Positions 1 through 6,824 of a DNA stretch of 64,000 nt are shown piece after piece (the stretch's first letter is position 1; each line of letters begins with the position of its first letter). The notes beneath the pieces were generated by a model. It was not told the origin of the DNA, did not search any database, and saw only the letters and a list, made by a program, of their open reading frames with translations. The stretch lies in assembly GCA_035568175.1 (NCBI GenBank), contig DATMON010000004.1, positions 374,864 to 438,863 on the forward strand. Direction: 5' to 3'. This stretch comes from Chthoniobacterales bacterium. Its GTDB lineage: Bacteria; Verrucomicrobiota; Verrucomicrobiia; Chthoniobacterales; UBA10450. The translations under genes and the position numbers were made by a program.

Positions 1-47
1 CGACCAGCACAAGGGTTACGGCACAGAGCAACACCTCACCAGACTTC

Positions 48-506
48 ATGAATTTGGACCCTGTCCGATCCATCGCCGCTCTTTCGAGCCGGTGGCGCAA
101 CCGCTTCTTGCGCTCGAAGGAATCGCCTGAACATCTCCGACGCGGCGTACGCGGCGAGAAATTGGCTTGTCAGTTTTTGCGAAATCACGGCTACAAAATT
201 CTTTATCGGAATTTTCGCGATCGGACCGGCGGCGAGATCGACGTCGTCTGCCGCGATGGTGACACACTTGTTTTTGTCGAAGTGAAAACGCGTGGGGGCG
301 AAGATTTTGGCCGCCCTGTTGAAGCGGTGGATCGACAAAAGCAATTACGCGTCTCGAAGGGCGGTCTGGCCTGGCTGCGCTTACTCGACAATCCGGACAT
401 CGTTTTTCGCTTCGACGTTGTAGAAGTCTTATTACCGAATGAACAGAATCCGCGGCTCGAGTTAATTCAAAACGCGTTCGAACTGTCTCAGCCTTACATC
501 TATTAA
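48..506 (+). CDS. YraN-family (UPF0102) endonuclease-like protein
   Basis: 152-aa ORF. The core '[43 protein letters not shown]' fits the YraN/UPF0102 PD-(D/E)xK pattern. Confidence 0.8.
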   Translation: MNLDPVRSIAALSSRWRNRFLRSKESPEHLRRGVRGEKLACQFLRNHGYKILYRNFRDRTGGEIDVVCRDGDTLVFVEVKTRGGEDFGRPVEAVDRQKQLRVSKGGLAWLRLLDNPDIVFRFDVVEVLLPNEQNPRLELIQNAFELSQPYIY

Positions 507-507
507 A

Positions 508-1305
508 TCACATCAGCTCGTACGATAACACGCTCAGACAATAGATCGCGGCTGTTTCAACACGAAGAATAATCGGTCCGAGCGTAATCGGCAGACAGCC
601 GTTGGTTTTGGCCAGGGCTAATTCTGCCGGAGTGAAATCGCCTTCCGGGCCAACCAGCATCAAAACATTTCTCGGGCGATGTCGATGCTGCTCGGAATAA
701 TCAGCGAGGATCTTCTTCAAATGAATGGCGTCTGGTTGGAGCGAGCCGATTAAACGAAGGTCTAACTGTGGTGGCAGCCGTCCCAGCTGCGATTCTGAAC
801 GCGATGCAGGCGAGACGCCTGCCTCCACAGAAGAAAAGAAATCCTTCAACTTTCGCGGCGCGTGCACTTGCGGCAGCCAGTTTTGTCCACATTGCTTGGC
901 CGCTTCGATTGCGGTCTGCTCCCATTTCGTCCTTTTATGTTCCGCTTCTTTCGGACCAAGATCGACAATTGTGCGCTCGGAAATGAGCGGCGCAATTTCA
1001 GCCGCCCCGATTTCGACCGCCTTCTGCACGATCAAATCCATATTTTTCCCTTTTGGAATCGCTTGTCCGAGCGTGATCCGGCAATGCAATGGTGGCGTTT
1101 CAGTTTCCTGTAACCGGCGAAGACGAATTTCGTCGCCGGAAAGATCGACAATCTCGGCGGTGATCTCGCGTCCCTGTCCGTTGAAGAGAACTGCGCGATC
1201 TCCGCGCTTCAGCCGTAAAACATCGCGGGCATGATGCGCTTCCGCTCCGCCCAAACTCAAAGCGCCTGGATTCCAATTCTCGGGCGCGATATAGAAACGA
1301 TACAT
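508..1305 (-). CDS. rsmE: 16S rRNA (uracil1498-N3)-methyltransferase RsmE
   Basis: 265 aa. N-terminus 'MYRFYI...AHHARDVLRLKRGD' and C-terminus 'GPEGDFTPAE...LGPIILRVETAA' are typical RsmE motifs. It lies downstream of dnaJ, as in many bacteria. Confidence 0.85.
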   Translation of the reverse strand: MYRFYIAPENWNPGALSLGGAEAHHARDVLRLKRGDRAVLFNGQGREITAEIVDLSGDEIRLRRLQETETPPLHCRITLGQAIPKGKNMDLIVQKAVEIGAAEIAPLISERTIVDLGPKEAEHKRTKWEQTAIEAAKQCGQNWLPQVHAPRKLKDFFSSVEAGVSPASRSESQLGRLPPQLDLRLIGSLQPDAIHLKKILADYSEQHRHRPRNVLMLVGPEGDFTPAELALAKTNGCLPITLGPIILRVETAAIYCLSVLSYELM

Positions 1306-1477
1306 GTCGATGTCTGATTACATCAAACATCGAGCCGCAAACATCAAACACTCCTGTCGCTATTCGACTTTGGGCGTGTCGGTGCCAAGAGCGTCGGCCA
1401 GGTCCTTAGGCGCGAGCGCCGCACTCCACAAGTTGGCAAACAACGATCTTCGACCCTGAAGTGTCGATCGGACGCCT

Positions 1478-2242
1478 TTATTTCTCGCCGTGAAAACTGT
1501 TGGTAATGTCGCGCAATTCCTGGTTTTGCTTCGGCCAACGGGACTTTGTCGTCCAAGCAACGATTTGTTGAAAATAATCGCCATCGTCCACGGTGGTATG
1601 AAGAAAAACCAGATTGGTTCTCTGCTGCGTACCGCTGACTTCGTCCTGCAAGGCGGCGTGTCCATCAATGGTAAGCGGGACCGTTTGCGTGGATGATGCG
1701 TTCTGCATGCTCTGTAACTTCCGGTCCCGCGCGGTTTGATGCCGTTGTTCCAGAGTCATTCCTTCGACCGCAGACTTTGCGTCGGTGAATACCATCAGAT
1801 ACATGTCCTTGCTTTTGTTCGCGACTTGCAACCTCGCCTCTTTGTTGAGTTCCAACGTTTTCACCCAAAACCCCGAAGTCGTGACCTCCAATTTGCCGTC
1901 CTCAGAGGCAATCTGCTGGCGTTCGACTGCGAGATCGTGCAGACGCCCGCGCTCTCCCTGAATCATCCCGACTAGAAACCAAACCTGTAGTACCGCCCAT
2001 GGAATCGCGAGATAACCGACAATGAGCCCAGCGATCGCAATTTCTTTTCCGCAAAGCGCGCCGCCCGATTTGCTAATCTTCGACCATGCGACATGGCCAC
2101 AAACAATCGCTGGAATCACGGGGAAAATCGGGATACAGGCAAACGAAAGAATCGCCAAAACCAGACTGACAATGGCAAGCAGGGCAGTACGAGGCGCCGC
2201 TGGAGGAACTGCCGATTGCGGCGATACAACTTGGTCGGCCAT
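1478..2242 (-). CDS. Membrane protein with a DUF4190-like N-terminal TM region and a soluble C-terminal domain
   Basis: 254 aa. Two to three hydrophobic helices ('LLAIVSLVLAILSFACIPIFPVIPAIVCGHVAW', 'IAIAGLIVGYLAIPWAVLQVWFLVG') precede a hydrophilic domain. No family was recognised for the C-terminus. Confidence 0.55.
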   Translation of the reverse strand: MADQVVSPQSAVPPAAPRTALLAIVSLVLAILSFACIPIFPVIPAIVCGHVAWSKISKSGGALCGKEIAIAGLIVGYLAIPWAVLQVWFLVGMIQGERGRLHDLAVERQQIASEDGKLEVTTSGFWVKTLELNKEARLQVANKSKDMYLMVFTDAKSAVEGMTLEQRHQTARDRKLQSMQNASSTQTVPLTIDGHAALQDEVSGTQQRTNLVFLHTTVDDGDYFQQIVAWTTKSRWPKQNQELRDITNSFHGEK

Positions 2243-2308
2243 CGCGCCGTTTTAGCGCATGGCAAAGCAAAAGCAAGACGTCGGGCCGGCGCGAATCCGG
2301 TCGAGACG

Positions 2309-3451
2309 TCAGTGAAAAAAATCCTTCGCCCGTTCGAAAAAGCTTTTACGGAGCGGCGTGTTTTCTTCCCCACACAAATCGGCAAACTCCTGCAGCTTCG
2401 CGCGCTGCTCGGCGTTGAGTCGCGTCGGGACTTCCACCATGACTCGGACAAGAAGATCGCCGCGCTCGCGCCCGTTCACATGAACTACGCCTTTGCCGCG
2501 GAGCTTAAACATCTGCGCGCTCTGCGTGCCGGCTGGAATTTTCAGATTGGCTTTTCCTTCCAACGTCGGCACTGGGACTTCGCCGCCGAGTGTAGCCAGT
2601 GAAAATGGAATTGGGACCTCGCAGTAGAGATTGTCTTCGTCGCGTTGGAAAATCTTGTGCTCTTGAATGTGGACGACGACGTAAAGATCGCCCTGCGGCC
2701 CGCCGCGAATGCCAGCTTCGCCGTTGCGCGATGAGCGAAGCCGCGACCCATCGGCAATCCCGGCGGGAATCTTCAACTTTATTCGGCTCGCTTTTTCGAT
2801 GCGGCCTTCGCCACCACATTCGCGACATGGTTTTTCGACAATCTGACCAACGCCGCGGCAACGCGGACAGGTCTGCGAGACCTGGAAAAATCCGCGGGAG
2901 CTGATGACCTGACCTCGACCGCCACAAACAGGACAATTGATGCTGCGCGACCCGGGCTCGGCTCCACTTCCGCCGCACTTGTCGCAGCCATCGAGTTTTC
3001 GAACTTCGATTTCTTTTTCTGCGCCGAAGGCCGCTTCTTCCAGCGTGATTTGCATGTCGTAACGCAAATCCGCGCCACGTTGTCGATCTTCTGCACGACC
3101 GGCGACGCCGCCGAAGAATGTTTCGAAAATACCTCCACCAATTCCTCCTCCGCCGCTGAAAACTTCACGGAAAATATCAAACGGGTCGTGAAACCCGCCG
3201 CGGAAACTCCCACCCTGTTCAAACGCGGCGTGACCGAAACGATCGTAAGCGGCGCGCTTGTCCGGATCGATCAGGACGTCGTAGGCCTCACCCAGCTCCT
3301 TGAATTTTTCCTCCGCGTGCGGGTCGTCAGGATTTTTGTCCGGATGAAACTTAACCGCCAGCTTGCGATAAGCGCGTTTAATCTCCTCTTCGGACGTACT
3401 ACGGCTAATTCCGAGAACTTCGTAGTAATCTCGTTTTTCTGTTGTCGCCAT
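2309..3451 (-). CDS. dnaJ: Molecular chaperone DnaJ
   Basis: 380 aa. J-domain '[33 protein letters not shown]', a G/F-rich region and four CxxCxGxG zinc-finger repeats. Confidence 0.95.
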   Translation of the reverse strand: MATTEKRDYYEVLGISRSTSEEEIKRAYRKLAVKFHPDKNPDDPHAEEKFKELGEAYDVLIDPDKRAAYDRFGHAAFEQGGSFRGGFHDPFDIFREVFSGGGGIGGGIFETFFGGVAGRAEDRQRGADLRYDMQITLEEAAFGAEKEIEVRKLDGCDKCGGSGAEPGSRSINCPVCGGRGQVISSRGFFQVSQTCPRCRGVGQIVEKPCRECGGEGRIEKASRIKLKIPAGIADGSRLRSSRNGEAGIRGGPQGDLYVVVHIQEHKIFQRDEDNLYCEVPIPFSLATLGGEVPVPTLEGKANLKIPAGTQSAQMFKLRGKGVVHVNGRERGDLLVRVMVEVPTRLNAEQRAKLQEFADLCGEENTPLRKSFFERAKDFFH

Positions 3452-3524
3452 TAAGAATTAGAAAGAATTAAAATTAAACAGTGAACAGATTCCTCGACTC
3501 CGTTCGGAATGACAACTAGAGCAG

Positions 3525-4058
3525 TTATTTTGCCGGCCCACTCGACACGACGACCGCCGAGGGGCGCAGCAAGCGGTCTTTGAGACGATAGCCACGGCGG
3601 GTTTGGCGAATCACAAGTCCGTCGGGGACTTCGTTGCTCGGCTCGTGCGCGATCGCTTCGTGCAGATTCGGATCGAATTTCTGGCCAACGGCTTCGATCG
3701 GCTGCAATCCGTTTTCAGCCAGAAAATCCTGGAGCTGCTTGAGCACGAGGGTCATTCCGGAATAAATCGGCGACTTTTCGCTCCCCTCACCGCGCGCCGC
3801 TTCCAAACCAAGCTCGAAGTGATCAACAATCGAAACGAGTTTTTCTAGGAGGCTGCTGTTGGCGTATTTTACCGCCGCTTCCTTTTCCCGAGCGCACCGT
3901 TTCTTGTAATTTTCAAAGTCGGCCTGACTGCGCATCGCCAGATCGCGAAACCGGTCCAGATCCGCTTGCAAACCGGCGACCGGATCGTCCCCGTCAGTTT
4001 GTTCCGCGTCGGGCCGCTTCCTCGGCTCGTGGGATTCAGTCACCGGAATTTTTTTCAT
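3525..4058 (-). CDS. grpE: Nucleotide exchange factor GrpE
   Basis: 177 aa. 'RSQADFENYKKR..' and C-terminal 'RGYRLKDRLLRPSAVVVS' are GrpE signatures. Its ATG overlaps the stop of the upstream phosphatase gene (ATGA at 4055-4058). Confidence 0.9.
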   Translation of the reverse strand: MKKIPVTESHEPRKRPDAEQTDGDDPVAGLQADLDRFRDLAMRSQADFENYKKRCAREKEAAVKYANSSLLEKLVSIVDHFELGLEAARGEGSEKSPIYSGMTLVLKQLQDFLAENGLQPIEAVGQKFDPNLHEAIAHEPSNEVPDGLVIRQTRRGYRLKDRLLRPSAVVVSSGPAK

Positions 4059-5491
4059 GTTTTTCGGATCGCAATCATAGTGATGTCGTCGTTTTGCGGG
4101 GTCGAACCGACGAAGTTTCGCAAATCGTCGATCAACCGTGTAACCATCGCCTGCGCTCCCTCTTTTGCGCTGGATTGAACCGAAGCAATCGTTCGTTCCA
4201 GTCCAAATTCATTCCCTTCATTATCGAGGGCCTCGGTGATTCCATCCGTATAAAGAAGGATGCAATCATTGCTCTCGAGCGGCACCGCGACGTCCGTTGT
4301 CAACCTGTCGAACACGTCTCCGCTGTCAATGCCAACCACCATGCCCGGCGTCTTCAAGGGTGCAACGGTCTGCGATTTCTGTTGGTAGAGAAACGGTGCG
4401 TCATGTCCGGCGCGAGCGAGGGTAACGCTGCCGCGGACCAGATCGAGAACCAGGTAGGCCATGCTGATGAACATGTCCTCCTTGATGTCGGGATAAAGTT
4501 GTCGATTCACTTTTTGGAGAACATCTGCCGGCGATGGATTTCCTACCGCCTGACTGCGCAGGACGCTGCGACAAATTGCCATGATCAGCGACGCCGGAAC
4601 GCCTTTGCCGGAAACATCCGCGATGGCAACGCCGAGTCGTTCGTCATCGACTTTGATATAATCAAAATAATCGCCACTGACCTGGCGCGCCGGGATGTTC
4701 ATGCCGCTGATCTCAAATCCGTTCACCTTCGGCGCTTCGGCCGGAAGAAGAATCCGCTGAATGTCACGCGCGATCTCCAGATCGTGGTCGAGCCGTTTCT
4801 TTTCGTTCGCCTCGGAATAAATGATGGCGTTGTAGAGCGCGAAGGCCGATTGCTCGGTGATCGATTTGAAAACGACAAAATCGTTTTGCGAGAATGGCGA
4901 GCCCATGTGGCTGTTCGCGAGCGCAAGCAGGCCCATGTTCTGTTTCGCGTAGAGAAGCGGCGCCACCAGCACAGAAGTCGCGCCCAGCGAACTGTCCCGC
5001 AGTTTCGCGAGCTCCGGCGCCTCGGAAAATTCATTCAAGCAAAGCGGCGTGGCCGTCTGCCACGCGCGCCCAAGCACTCCCTCACCGACTCCGATATTGT
5101 GGATCCGAAGAAAGGTTTCCAACGCTACCGGCGTGGCTGCAGCTTGCTGCAAAATATGTGGCGGAACGTCCACCAGCGGCGGACAACCTTTGGAAACGAA
5201 GGTAGGCACAAGCTTTGTCCCGGTTCGATCAGTCAGATAAAGCGCGCCACCTTGTGCGTCGAGGACGCGGGTTGCTCCTTCGACAATCAATCGATGCAGA
5301 TCTGCCGGCCTGATTGTTTCACTGAAAGCCTCGCCGAGTCCGTGCAGGAAATCGAAAACCAATGTCTCCTCGACTTGAATTTCTTCCTGCGAACGTTCCA
5401 ACCGGCGAATGCTCCGGCGCAGACGCACCAGCGTATAAATCCACGCGACCAGACACGCGATCAGCAGCCAGAAGAGAATGGATGGCCGCAT
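4055..5491 (-). CDS. Membrane-anchored GAF + PP2C/SpoIIE-type serine phosphatase (RsbU-like)
   Basis: 478 aa. N-terminal TM helix, a GAF-like middle region and a PP2C core 'SGDYFDYI...GVAIADVSGKGVPASLIMA...LLYTDGITEA...NDDITMIAIRK'. Confidence 0.85.
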   Translation of the reverse strand: MRPSILFWLLIACLVAWIYTLVRLRRSIRRLERSQEEIQVEETLVFDFLHGLGEAFSETIRPADLHRLIVEGATRVLDAQGGALYLTDRTGTKLVPTFVSKGCPPLVDVPPHILQQAAATPVALETFLRIHNIGVGEGVLGRAWQTATPLCLNEFSEAPELAKLRDSSLGATSVLVAPLLYAKQNMGLLALANSHMGSPFSQNDFVVFKSITEQSAFALYNAIIYSEANEKKRLDHDLEIARDIQRILLPAEAPKVNGFEISGMNIPARQVSGDYFDYIKVDDERLGVAIADVSGKGVPASLIMAICRSVLRSQAVGNPSPADVLQKVNRQLYPDIKEDMFISMAYLVLDLVRGSVTLARAGHDAPFLYQQKSQTVAPLKTPGMVVGIDSGDVFDRLTTDVAVPLESNDCILLYTDGITEALDNEGNEFGLERTIASVQSSAKEGAQAMVTRLIDDLRNFVGSTPQNDDITMIAIRKT

Positions 5492-5506
5492 GAGATAGTG
5501 GCCAGT

Positions 5507-6019
5507 TTACTCCCCCGCGGTCGTTTGATGGAGGTCCTGTTTTAAATAATCGAGAACGTCTTTAAACCGAGAAAGATTTTCTGGCGCCACCTCGCACAGG
5601 GCCTCATGCGCTTCCAGCATTGTTTCAGCCCTCTCCTTCTTTTCAGTTTCGGCGCCGTCGCGCGCGTTCTCCTTCATCTTTCGGCATTCCGGAGCGGCCG
5701 CGCCATTCGAACGGATTTCGAAAATTTGGTCGAGCCCAAGTCCGGAAAGAAGCTGGAGACTGCGATCGCCACAATGAATAACGTGGAGATGGCCCTGTCC
5801 GAGTTCCTTCAATCGTAGGGCCACCGCCGCCATGGTTCCCATGAAGGTAGAATCCATCATCGCGCAATGTTCCAGGTCAAAAACAAACTCGCGATAGCCG
5901 CGGTTGACCATTTCTTGCGCGAATTCTTTCAGGCTCCCGCTATTCAGGAAGTTACCCTTGCCTTCCACTCGTACCCAAACGGCGGGGCCGTTCACGCCCA
6001 CTAGAATCGATGACTGCAC
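5507..6019 (-). CDS. STAS-domain protein (anti-sigma-factor-antagonist-like) with a C-terminal helical extension
   Basis: 170 aa. SpoIIAA-like layout with 'FDLEHCAMMDSTFMGTM' (conserved DS[ST] position). It sits directly upstream of the PP2C gene on the same strand. Confidence 0.7.
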   Translation of the reverse strand: MQSSILVGVNGPAVWVRVEGKGNFLNSGSLKEFAQEMVNRGYREFVFDLEHCAMMDSTFMGTMAAVALRLKELGQGHLHVIHCGDRSLQLLSGLGLDQIFEIRSNGAAAPECRKMKENARDGAETEKKERAETMLEAHEALCEVAPENLSRFKDVLDYLKQDLHQTTAGE

Positions 6020-6099
6020 AACTGAGTAACTAAGAATACAAGATCGAGAGCGACGCTGTCAAATTGCCAACGCCTCACGACGGGAACGCCCTGCATCAC

Positions 6100-6729
6100 C
6101 TACTCCCACATATAGGAGTGCGTTTCCGCCACGATCGTGCCGTTTTCAATCAGCAAACAACGCCATGCCGTTACTCGCCCGTCGTCGAAGTAATCGTCCC
6201 CAACCACTTTGAACGCCGTTTTATGGCTCCCGCGCGCGTTCGAATACGAAATTTCCTGGGCCTGAACATGGGCATGCAGTTTCTCCTGCTTGTACTCCAG
6301 TCGTACGGTTAGATCAGCTGGACGGCGCGCCTTCCAGAAGAAATCGAAATAATTCCCCATCCGCTCGCGCTGATCGAGCTTGGTCACCGCGCCGAAAAGC
6401 CGGTACTGTCTTTCGAAGCGGATCGAAGCGTCCTGGACCGTGGTCGTTTTACTGGAAGGCGCAGTGCCCGACAGTTTTCCTCCCTTGCCCGTGGCCTGAG
6501 AAGTTTGGTCGCCGGTGTTTTTCGCCTGGCCGGGGACCTCCTCGGTTAAAAGAAAGAGTTTCGTCTTTCGAAACTGGAAATCGTCGCTCAAAGCCGCCGG
6601 TAGCGGAACGACCCGATCGAGCAGGCGGGGTTGCTCCGCCGGGCGACCGAATCCATTCGCCAGCGGAATCAGAGCCAACCATGCGATTAACAACCTCACG
6701 CCTGTTAATGAAACCGGTTCCGCTTTCAC
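6100..6729 (-). CDS. Secreted hypothetical protein
   Basis: 209 aa. Signal-peptide-like N-terminus 'VRLLIAWLALIPLANG'. No family recognised. Confidence 0.45.
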   Translation of the reverse strand: MKAEPVSLTGVRLLIAWLALIPLANGFGRPAEQPRLLDRVVPLPAALSDDFQFRKTKLFLLTEEVPGQAKNTGDQTSQATGKGGKLSGTAPSSKTTTVQDASIRFERQYRLFGAVTKLDQRERMGNYFDFFWKARRPADLTVRLEYKQEKLHAHVQAQEISYSNARGSHKTAFKVVGDDYFDDGRVTAWRCLLIENGTIVAETHSYMWE

Positions 6730-6824
6730 CTGTCAATTCGCAGCAGTGGGAACGGTCCGAGCCGGACTGGCAGTTATCAAACCAATCCAACTTTCGCACG
6801 AGAGGTCAGCGCGTAAATTTGCCG

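Noticed and set aside
3452-3495. An AT-rich tract with repeated AGAATTA/TAATTCTT directly upstream of the dnaJ ATG, considered as a CIRCE/HrcA or HAIR operator.
   Set aside because: It has no similarity to CIRCE (TTAGCACTC-N9-GAGTGCTAA) and no inverted-repeat symmetry. It is more likely an A/T-rich, SD-independent translation-initiation region. It is too short to interpret.
4094-5545. A 483-aa ORF on the + strand, antisense to the GAF-PP2C gene.
   Set aside because: It is a shadow ORF. The translation is Arg/low-complexity rich with no recognisable domain, while the opposite strand encodes an unmistakable PP2C phosphatase over the same span.
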